A stretch of DNA of 64,000 bases from Octopus vulgaris. Lineage: Eukaryota. Location of the stretch: positions 1,922,001 to 1,986,000 of the forward strand of contig OX597823.1 of NCBI GenBank assembly GCA_951406725.2, written 5' to 3'. Position 1 is the first letter of the stretch. The number at the start of each line of letters is the position of its first letter. The notes beneath the pieces were generated by a model. It saw nothing but the letters and a program-made list of their open reading frames with translations, did not search any database and was not told the origin of the DNA. Below, in pieces: positions 25,104 to 36,803 of the stretch. The position numbers and the translations under genes are program-made.

Positions 25104-25415
25104 GAAGGCGCATGGATTAGTGATTGGGGTATACGGTTCATGATCATAAGGTCGGGAGTTCGGTTCCTGGCGGTGCGTTGAGTCCTTCAGCAAGACACTT
25201 TTATATCACGTGACCCCAGTCCATTCAGCTGGCAAAAATGAGTTGTACCTGTAATTCACAAGGGCCGGCCTTGTCACATTTTTTGTGTCACCCTCAGAAC
25301 TTTGTTAAGTGTACACGTGTCTGTGGAATACTCAACCACTTTTTCATTTCACGAGCAGACTGTTCTACTGATCGGATCGACTGGAACACTCGTTGTCGTA
25401 ATTGATGGAGTGTTA
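25104..25415 (+). mobile_element. tRNA-derived SINE (family of 47667-48057), degenerate
   Basis: Shares ggccggccttgtcac...ttaag.gtacacg.gtctgtgga.tactca.ccactt...tttcacgagcag.ctgttc. Confidence 0.75.
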
Positions 25416-26334
25416 ATCCGATTCTCTTTAATTATTGATGAGGCGAAAAGAAACTAAAAAATTAACTTCTCGACTGAATTTTGCTACAAAATACTTCCTT
25501 GTTTTATGTTGAAAACATTTGCAAAATTTTTTTGCGAATTCTTTAACTAGGAATGCATATAACAATTATTAGAGAATGTGGAGGTGAGGGTTGTCAGCCA
25601 CATTTGTGGGTGGGGCAGCACTTTTGAGTCTGCTTTATAAGCTCGGGGGAAATAGTGGGGGTCACAAACCGTGGGTCTGTTTTGGGGTGGCAAAGATCTA
25701 CGCCACTAACACCATTGTATGTCGTTCTATGGATTCTAGACTGATTTCTCTGCCCTTGTCTCGTTATGTAAGAGAAGTTCTGTCTTCAGCTGGGATTCTT
25801 CTTACATTCCTTTTTTCTTGTCAGGAATGTCGAGCCTTATTGACATCGCTTGTGTGGTTGCAGGTATTTCATCTGTGAGGTGTGGGCGTGGAGATGTTTA
25901 CGAACAAACAAAACAGGTTCGTGATGAATGCAAACAGACGCGTTGGGAATGGCTTAGTTTGTGCAATTTATGCAACATATGCAGACGTCTGTGAATAGGT
26001 GTGCACGCGTATATATAAAAATATATGTGCCTTTGTGTATGTGTATGTTTGTATGTGTAAATATATATGGCAGAGAGTCTATATGAATGTATATGCCTGT
26101 ATATCTGTGTGTGTCTGCATGTATATGTATGGAAATCTGTCTGTTCGTATAAAAAAATGTATTAGTCTGTATGTGTGTGTACAATTGCGCGCGTGTGTGT
26201 GTATGAGTGTGTGTGTTATACAGCAGTTTGGTAAAGAACTGCGTAACATCTGCATCCAGTTGTGCGGTTATTTTTAATCTTCAGACATGAACCGACAGTT
26301 CAGGCTCCAAATTACTGTCTGTAAATTATATAAT

Positions 26335-26385
<51 letters not shown>

Positions 26386-27004
26386 ATGAACGAAAAGATA
26401 ATGAGCGAACATGGCAAAGGCGAAGTCCCTCCGTCGTCCGATGGATTTAACATTGAATAAAATATCAAAAAAATAAAAATCAAAGTTCTCTGCAATCTAA
26501 AGTCACCGTCTTTCAGTGATATCAAAAGATAAAAAAAGGCCTCTCGAGAAGACGCCACGACAATGGGAAGACGTTAAATAGATTTTTAGCGTGTGTAAAT
26601 ATATATGTATATATATATATACAAATATTAGCTTAAGGTGAGCCGCTCTACGCGCGGGTGAGGGTGTGGTTGTTACTTTCTGTTGCTTCCTTTCAGTTTC
26701 TTATCGCCACATTCTCCCATTTTCCCACTCTCTTACTCTTCTCGGACCCTCCTTCGCTTTCTCTTACTCTCTATCTTTCTCTATCTATCTCTCTCCTATT
26801 TATAAAAAAATTAGATTTCCGCGCTTAAATTACTGATCCGACTCCAGTTTACCATGTTCAAAATTAGATTGAACTCGGGCAAAAGGAGTCCAACCTTAAA
26901 ACAACTTGGCGATTCGCCAATCGAGATCGATAAAATGACAGCGGTTCACCAAAGGAGATCGATAAAATAACTTAGAGGTTCACCAAACATGATCGATAAA
27001 ATAC

Positions 27005-27033
27005 ATGTATGTATGTATATATATATATGTATG

Positions 27034-27098
<65 letters not shown>

Positions 27099-28185
27099 AT
27101 GTATGTATGTATGTATGTATGTATGTATGCATGTATGTATGTATGCATGCATGTATGTATGCATGCATGCATATATGTATGTATGCATGTATGTATGCAT
27201 GCGTGCATGTATGTATGTATGTATGTATGTATGTATGTATGTGTATGTATGCATGTATGTATGTATGTATGTATGTATGTGTGTATGTATGCATGCATGC
27301 ATGTATGTATGTATGTATGTATGTATGTATGTATGTATGTATGTGTGTATGTATGTATGTATGTGTGCATGCATGTATGTATGTATGTATGTATGTATGT
27401 ATGTATGTATGTATGTATGTATGTATGTATGTATGTATGTATGTATGTGTGTATGTATGTATGTATGTATGTATGTATGTATGTATGTATGTATGTATGT
27501 ATGTATGTATGTATGTATGTATGTATGTATGTATGTATGTATGTATGTATGCATGTATGTATGTATGTATGTATGTATGTGTGTATGTATGCATGCATGT
27601 ATGTATGTATGTATGTATGTATGTATGTATGCATGCATGCATGTATGTATGTATGTATGTATGTATGTATGTATGTATGTATGTATGTATGTATGTATGT
27701 ATGTATGTATGTATGTATGTATGTATGTGTGTATGTATGTATGTATGTATGTATGTATGTATGTATGTATGTATGTGTGTATGTATGTATGTATGTATGT
27801 ATGTATGTATGTATGTATGTATGTGTGTATGTATGTATGTATGTATGTATGTATGTGTGCATGCATGTATGTATGTATGTATGTATGTATGTATGTATGT
27901 ATGTATGTATGTATGTATGTATGTATGTATGTATGTATGTATGTATGTGTGTATGTATGCATGTATGTATGTATGTATGTATGTATGTATGTATGTGTGC
28001 ATGCATGTATGTATGTATGTATGTATGTATGTATGTATGTATGTTTGTATGTATGTATGTATGTATGTATGTATGTGTGCATGCATGCATGTATGTATGT
28101 ATGTATGTATGAATGTATGTATGCATGTATGTGTGTATGTATGTATGTATGTATGTATGTATGTATGTATGTATGTATGTGTGTA
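27005..28185. repeat. (TATG)n microsatellite, about 1.2 kb, with CATG/TGTG variants
   Basis: Direct reading; source of six spurious 370-435 aa ORFs. Confidence 0.98.
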
Positions 28186-28188
28186 TAA

Positions 28189-28410
28189 TGGTGAGCTAGC
28201 AGAATCGTCAGCACGACGGACAAGATGCTTCGAGCCATTTCCTCCGTCTTTACGCTCTGAGTTCAAATTCAGCCAAGGTCGACTTTGCCTTTTATTCTTT
28301 CAGGGTCGATAAATTAAGTGCCAGTTGAGCACAGGGGTCGGTGTAATCGACTTACCCACCCACTCCCAGTCCCTAAATTGCTGGCCTTGTACCAAAATTT
28401 GAAACCAATA
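28189..28410 (+). mobile_element. tRNA-head SINE
   Basis: ggtgagctagcagaatcg...gagttcaaattc (B box)...ctttgcctttt.ttctttcagggtcgataaattaagtgccagtt. Confidence 0.8.
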
Positions 28411-28959
28411 TCATAAATAAACATGTAAATAGTAGAGTGTTTGGTAGACGTAGACGTATGAGGATGGCCCACAGCCTAACTATTAAACTAGCCACAAACG
28501 GGATTTATTTCCAGTGCTGAAGGTTTCTGTAGAACCAACCACATATTTTGGAAATGCTGCCTGGAGAAGGTTGGTTCCAATGTTGGCCATAAACGCAATG
28601 GAAAACATACTTCAGGGTCTTCGGTTAGAGTTCTCCAACTCCTAGGTTTGTTGCCCACAGCACAGCTTTGAGTCGAACCCACTCTGGTATAATAAAGGCG
28701 CTCCTGGGCTCCAAGCCAGAAGTATCTAAGGCTTTATGGAGATATATTTCATTTAATTAATTGACAGTCGATTCTTCTGGGTTTCTCCGTCTCCTTTGAC
28801 GGGTCTTTTTTTTTTTCTTTTTTTTGTCAACCGTGATCTGAAATCCACCCTCCTTATCAAGAAGGCTTCATGGTGTTGACGGTTTAGTCACCGATGGATG
28901 GTCGGACCTGGCAACAAGTTGTACCGAGTTACATGTTACCAGCAGCTTACATATATGTA

Positions 28960-29056
<97 letters not shown>

Positions 29057-29114
29057 GATATATATAGACATAGACACGTGGCTATATAAAGGGGGTGGAG
29101 AGAGAGAGTGGGAG

Positions 29115-29165
<51 letters not shown>

Positions 29166-30596
29166 AAAAGTAAGAAAGGAAGAAAGAAAGAAAAAGAAAG
29201 AATGAAAGAAAGAAACCGAAATTGTTGGAATGTCATTAGGCGAGACCATTTTATGTTTCAACAAGATTCCAGGCCATCAAGAAGGAGTGCAGCAGCGATG
29301 TCGAAGACCAGCCCAGATTTTGTCCCATTTTGCAGAATTCTAACCGAAACTGGCCGAGTATCACGTGTTCAAATGTAAACAGAAGCTCGGATGAAATGTG
29401 GACTTTAATCTTTTGGTAACCGAAACTCTAAGATTCTGTGTCATTGTGAAAGGAAGTGAAATTCTTCATTAAGCAAATATGTTTGGTAAATTTCATCACG
29501 TGACGGTGTAGATTTGATCCTCTTTTGAGTTCAAATCCCGCAAAGATCAGATTTTCATTTGAAATCTTTCTGGGGTCGGAAAAATAGAATCTAGTGAAGA
29601 GGACGAAAAACCTGGGGGAAATTTTGGGGGAACATGCAGTTTAAGGGTTTAAAACACTAAAAGTAAATTGACTGGAAGTGAAGACAGTGACATCGAATGA
29701 CATTAAAGCAATGTAAAGATAATAACCTCGACTCGTAGGACCGGTTGCCTGGTTTCCATGGCGTATCCCAGATGACAGCATTTCCCCTGCACAGGGCATC
29801 GGTGCGTTGCAATTTTGAAGGAAAGGGTAAGTTGATTATATCGACCCCAGTATTTGATTGGTATTTTATTTTATTGACCCCGAAAGGATGGAAGGCAAAG
29901 TTGACCAGGCTGGGAACTGAACTCAGAAATGAAAGCGACAGAAGAGATGCTGCATTTTATCCGATGTGCTAACCACTCTGCCAGATCCCATATAAAGGGA
30001 TCTGGAGAAATCCCTTATAATTTGCCATCGTCATTTATCGAACACAGAAACATGCGTATAAGATCGAAATAAAAGAATACTAAAACCGTACTTCATGTCC
30101 CTTTTTTTTTCTCTCATACGCACAGGCGAGGCTGTGTGGTAAGAAGTTTGCTTCCCAATCACATGGTTCCGAGTTCAGCCCCAATGCATGGCACCTTGGG
30201 CAAGTGCTTTCTACTATAGTGTCGGGCCGACTAAAGCCTTGTGAGCGGTTCGACAAAAGAGAACGATTCAATAAGTAATGGAACCAAATCATTGGCAAGA
30301 CAACAAAAGAATGAACGAGATATTATGTAAACAGAGAAATTCATCTGGGGAATTACAACCGTGTTTCGTGGTCTGCTACCACAACAGCTCCTTTATAGGA
30401 TCCAGTTAGCTCAAGACATCATCAGGAGGAATCACGTACGGTTTCGGCCCATTACCTTCTGCCAGAGCCGCGTGGAGCTTAGGTGTTTCGCTCATAAACA
30501 CACACATCGCCCGGTCTGAGATGCGAACCCTCGACCGCGAGTCCGCTGCTCTAACCACTAGGCCATGTACCTCCACACACACACACACGCACACAG

Positions 30597-31073
<477 letters not shown>

Positions 31074-31074
<1 letters not shown>

Positions 31075-32229
31075 TAAGGTATGTAGAAAAATACAAAATG
31101 GACAAGAACGTATAACTCTTAGAAGACGACACAATAAACACGGACAGGACATTCGAAACCCTCAGTCTTCAGTCAAGAACCGGATCATCGTAGTAATTTC
31201 GGCTGATTAATCTTGAGATTACTAGATCACGGCCAGCCCTCCAAGAAAAACCAAGCAACGAGCATTAGAAAAACTAAGCTGGAAGCGTAGATTTCCTGGA
31301 AGAAGGATCGAATGCATACGAACACCAGGACAGCAAAAGGGACAGATATAAAAAAACAAAAAACAATAATGGAATACAGAACAAGAAATACAGAAGCATT
31401 AACGGTGAAAACAACAGTGTCTTACGACTGATAACAAGCAAACAAATTTTTTCTCTGGCGCAATGGAAAAAGCCTTTATAGTGGCGGACGAAAACAGCGA
31501 TGTTAACAAGACGAGGGTCAGAAGCTGAAAGGCAGATTTCGGCCAACAGTCACGTGACAGAGAAGAGGGAAAAGAAAAGAAAGAGAAGCAAAGGAAGAGA
31601 GAGAGAGAGAGGAGAGAGAGAGAGGAGGGACAAACGCAACAAAGAGAGAGAAGAGAGAGAAAGAAGGAATCAGAGAGGAGAAGGGATGGGTGTCGAAGAA
31701 TGACCTGTGAGTGCAGAGCGAGACAAAGAAATAGGAGGGTAGTGGAAGACTAGACCAAAGAATCAGAGGAAAGAGAAGAGAAAAAGAGGATGAGTAGAGA
31801 GAAAAGAGAGAGAGGGGGACAGATCAAGTAAAAATGAGAGAGAGAGAGAGACAAACAGAGAGTCGTACCAATTATTAAGAATATGTGCTCACATAAATGT
31901 TAAGGGGGGTACGGGGCGCCTGGAATATATGTTAAGGTATGTAGAAAAATACAACATGGACAAGAACGTATAACTCTTAGAAGACGACACAATAAACACG
32001 GACAGGACATTCGAAACCCTCAGTCTTCAGTCAAGAACCGGATCATCGTAGTAATTTCGGCTGATTAATCTTGAGATTACTAGATCACGGCCAGCCCTCC
32101 AAGAAAAACCAAGCAACGAGCATTAGAAAAACTAAGCTGGAAGCGTAGATTTCCTGGAAGAAGGATCGAATGCATACGAACACCAGGACAGCAAAAGGGA
32201 CAGATATAAAATAACAAAAAACAATAATG

Positions 32230-32234
<5 letters not shown>
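31074..32234. mobile_element. Non-coding element with 303-bp direct terminal repeats (PLE pseudo-LTR-like or TRIM-like), unclassified
   Basis: 31074-31376 and 31932-32234 differ at only two positions by eye. GA-rich interior, (TA)n on both sides. Confidence 0.65.
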
Positions 32235-32291
<57 letters not shown>

Positions 32292-33554
32292 AATTCGAAG
32301 AACAAACAATAAAAAAAAACAAGAAAAAGTGAAAAAAAAAACAAACGTGAGAACATGCACAGGAAATATTTTAATTTGACGCTCGGTGAAAGGAGAGAGT
32401 TGTTAACGTTTCGAGCATGGCTCTTCATTGGAAAGAGAAACGTCCATTGAGAAAGAAGGAAAAATATGAAAAAATCGCCAACAATCCACGTGATATATAA
32501 TATACTAGCAGAGATACCCGGCGTTGCCCGGTTACATTCAATTGAAGAATTAGACTTTCCTGTTATATTTTCTGAATGAACTGGAATATCTCTGTTTCGA
32601 ATTTCATCAAAATTGCAGATGAGGGTTATTTCCCTCTTTACACACCCTAAAAAAATTGTAATCGTGCCACATGGAAACCAAAAGACGAATGATCACAATA
32701 AACAGTCAGTTACCATGCCCTAGTCGTTACCACTCCCAATGTAGGATTCCTCACCGTCCAGGTGACAGGCACAGCCGTAAGATGCATTACGAATCTATGG
32801 CAATTGGAAGGGCGTGACCCAACTGAAATCAACATTAACAACTGTGTGACGTTAGGGCTAAGGAGAAATGAAAGTGTCACCTCTGGAGTTTGCAAATGAC
32901 CACTATACTGATACGTAACTGGACAGAATGAATTTAAAATCTATAAATGTCTTTGAATAACCAGTCACTCATCTGGGAAGGCCTTGTAATCAATGTTACC
33001 ATCTGGGGACTATGTGTGACCGAGTGATAATAAAAAGACTGAAAGGAGGTCTGCAATCAAATAAATTTTACTCAACACTTTGGAACTGAATCAGTGGAGA
33101 CAAAGATGCCTCTCATTTACTTAACAATTTATGCACCACATGGCAGAAATCACAATATAAGTGTATGTCAAAGCAAACTGTTACACTGTTATACCATTGA
33201 ATTAGAAATAATGCCCAACTTTTATGCTCGGGTAACCCTACAGCTTCCAAGAGCACAACTGTATTCGTTTTTGCTTAGATTAAATGACAAAATTGTGGGT
33301 GTTAAGTTCCCATGGAGGGGTCTTTCTAACTTTGTAAGAACATGACATTTTATAAATATTACTTCATTTGTGTCTAATATCTATGGTTAAAATTTCCTCA
33401 ACAGCAAAAATATATGAATTGTCATGGGGGTTGTGTTCCTTATGCTTAGAATATAATTTCCAAATTTCATAAAGATCCATTCAGTACTTTTGACCTAGTT
33501 TTGTATCATAAAAGAAATGACTAAAATTTGGGAGTTAAGGCTCCCATTAGGATG

Positions 33555-33600
<46 letters not shown>

Positions 33601-33604
33601 TTAT

Positions 33605-33848
33605 TTTTTATTTTATCTAGTTTCAGCTCACAAGCTGTGGCCATGCTGGGGCACCGCCATTTGGTGTTGCTACATGATTTTACTTCACGAATGCTTTTTA
33701 GCAATTGCCATTTGGTGCATGAGAGAGTTCGATGCAGCCGCCCTCATCTGCACCTCCTGCCGTGAAGTTGGTTCATCTGGGACACCTGACAGGAAGAAAT
33801 CCAGTTTTATTTTAAAGACATCTGCATCCACCCCATGCAGGTCTCTCA
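33605..33848 (-). mobile_element. 5'-truncated CR1-like LINE 3' end (relative of 36798-39385)
   Basis: RDLHGVDADVFKIKLDFFLSGVPDEPTSRQEVQMRAAASNSLMHQ closely matches the C-terminus of ORF 38003-39316; same tail motif. Confidence 0.9.
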
Positions 33849-33861
33849 TGTGTAATGCCTG

Positions 33862-34230
33862 AGGAGAGAGGTGGTTTACCAATGCACTGTAAATACACAA
33901 TATAATAGCAGGGTGTACATTGGTGCGACTAAAAATAGTATAAAACAACGGCTAAACTATCATAGATATACTTTTAAAAATAAAAATAGGATGAACTCTA
34001 CGGGGCTAAGTACGTATATCTGGGAACTCAAGAGTAAGAACATAGATTTTAAACTAGATTGGGAAATACTAACATCTGCACCTGTATACAATAGTAGAAA
34101 AAAAAATGCTCTTTATGTATCAATGAAATTTTCTTCATCATCAAAGCCGGCCAACCCATTATTAACAGCATTAATGAGCGAAATCTTTTTTGCCTTCACA
34201 AATTAGCGTACACTTTCTCTAGATTTAAAT
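33862..34230 (+). mobile_element. GIY-YIG endonuclease remnant of a Penelope-like element
   Basis: VVYQCTV...VYIGAT...KQRLNYH...STGLSTYIWELK...WEIL, then a frameshifted KCSLCINE; typical of the PLE C-terminal endonuclease. Confidence 0.8.
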
Positions 34231-34559
34231 AACATCTAATTCTTCTACCAGTAACCTTTTAGCATTCATCTATATAGGACTGTACTATTGGCCCTTACAA
34301 TTTATAATTTATAACTTTTGTGTCTCCATGTATGTGTTCTACATTAATTGTTTCTGTCCCGACTGAAAAAATATACAAAAATATATAGCTATTCTGATAT
34401 ATGCATGATATTCAGAACCCCACAGAGTCTTTTATAGGTGTAAGATGTATAGGTGCATCATATCTTAGGGCACTAGTTTGAGTTTTTAATATACCAATAT
34501 AATGAAGACGACTCTGATTGACGAATGTAGACGTGCGAACGGTTTTCAGATAAATTGGA

Positions 34560-35266
34560 TGAAAATATCAATTTTACGAAAAACTTTGTTGTTCAGTGAC
34601 AAAGCTACGTTTTATGTAAATGGTGAGGTCAACAGACAGAATCTTCTATACTGGTCTCGAGGTAATCCACATTGGATGGATCCATCCAAATAGCAAGGCA
34701 GCAAAAAGGTGATGGTGTGGTGTGGTCTGTGGAAAGCTCATGTTCTAGGACCCTTCTTCATTGAACATGTAACGGATGAGACTTATGTAAACATATTGAG
34801 AGACAAATTAATATCTCAAATTGAGCGCCTAGGCGAGGGCCTTCCGAATTGGTTTCAGTAGGATGGGGCCCCTACCCATTTAGCCACAACTGTTAGAGAT
34901 TGGCTTAATGACTCTTTTCCTCACTGGATTGGAAGAAGGGCTCATATGGAAAGGTCCCCTCGTTCACCAGACCTTTCTCCCTTTGATTTCTTTTTCTGGG
35001 GTATGTTGAAAGAGAAAGATTACAATAAAGATTACAGATTTAAAACACATGAGAGAACGCATTGCCAGTCAGTGTGCTGAAATTGATGGCAATGTAGGCT
35101 TATTTAATCAAGTTCACCTGAATTCTGCAAGGCGCATCAAGTTATGCATTGAAAATGATGGCAATCACTTTGAAAATATTATTTATTAACATTATAATTG
35201 AATAAAATTGGTTTGCTTTAAAAGTATGTGTTAATCCCCATGTACGCAGACTTTGTGGACACCCTC
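34560..35266 (+). mobile_element. Tc1/mariner transposase pseudogene, rosa-like (DD40D)
   Basis: LFSDKATF..NG.VNRQN..YW, VMVWCG, WFQ*DGAPTH...SPRSPDLSPFDFFFWG with 40 residues between D2 and D3. In-frame stops; TIR-like end tggacaccctc|ta. Confidence 0.85.
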
Positions 35267-36722
35267 TATTATTTTATAAAACAATATTGAATGAGTTTAA
35301 ACGTACACAAATGCATAAAAATAATTTTTAATTGAATTAGACATTTGAAAATACTATTAAATTTCATTCAAATCTAAAATTGGACAGAACTGATTGGATA
35401 ACTTGATATATATAATCTATGATATTCTAGTAGGTTTCAAGTTTATAACACCTTGATATCTCATGTTATCTCATTTTATATGCCTAAGACGTTTATTTTC
35501 TATTCTGGTTTTTATATATTTCTATACATTATATTTGTATCTATAATTTATTTTAAGCCGAATCATAATACGATCCTTGTACAAACGAAAGAACAAGAAT
35601 CTCCTCTGGAACTTTTATCTTCCACCGGTGTTTGTAATCGATGGTGAGATGTGCAATGATTTTGCGACTATCTTATATTTTACAGAGAAATTGGAGGCCC
35701 CGAATGTAAGCCACCACATTATGCATAATATAGTTCCCTATTTCTAACTCAAATTCTGTCCTCAATAATTATAGATCTCTATTTCTAAATGTAATTCTTT
35801 TTCTTCTCGTTCAGTATATAACTATAACACGCATTCTTGTCTGTCTCTTGACAAGGCTTCTTTTCTCCAGCGTTCACCACTTCACCTCGCTAGGGTTAAA
35901 CAAACCTCACCGAATGTTTTCACTGTCCTGTTTTTGTTAGCAGCTTTGACGTTCCACGTATCTCAATTTTTATTTAATTTGCTTTGCGGAGCAATTGCTT
36001 TGACGAAGACGCATCTTGTTGCACTACTCGCAATGCGGAGTAGGTAAATCTGCCAACAATTGAGGAAGGGTTGTTTTTTTATGCTGCATTCGCGCTATAG
36101 TTCTCTATATATAATGGAAATTCTTTCAACCCAACCCAACACAACCCGTGTGTAATAGTGATACCAATGCCATGGCGTCGACTCTAGGCCGGTAGCTGTG
36201 TACAGTCGCCCCAATGTCGTCCAGAGCGAGCTCCGGTCGCCATAGCATCTTTGCTTCCACTAAATTTATTCTGTCCAGTTACGTATCTGTAGAGTGGTCA
36301 TTTGCAAACTCCAGAGGTGACACTTTCATTTCTCCTTGTCGACTGTGGGCTGGTAGCTGTGGACGGTCGACCCAACGTCGCACAGAGCGAGCTCTGGCTG
36401 GTATGATGCTATAGCAGAAGACACATGCCAAGTTACCACACAGTGGGACTGAACTGAGGACTAAGTGTTTTGGAACCAAGTTTGTTACCACAGCCACACC
36501 TGCACCTGTGTGTGTGGAGGGGGTATCGGTAGGTATGTGTGTATAGGTGAATATATGTATGCATGTATATATGTGTATATATATATATATATGTACATAT
36601 TACATGTACATCTATATATACATCTAGACATACATGTTTACATATACATATATATCTATAGAAATACATCTATACATATACAGCTATACATATACATCGG
36701 TATATATACATGTATTTATATA

Positions 36723-36797
<75 letters not shown>

Positions 36798-36803
<6 letters not shown>

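Noticed and set aside
26946-28312. Six overlapping ORFs of 367-435 aa (HTYI/MYVC repeats)
   Set aside because: Translations of a stop-free (TATG)n microsatellite. The same applies to the YI/IY, HT, SL and RE ORFs at 30.4-31.2, 40.1-40.4, 49.9-50.4, 52.6, 56 and 60-61 kb.
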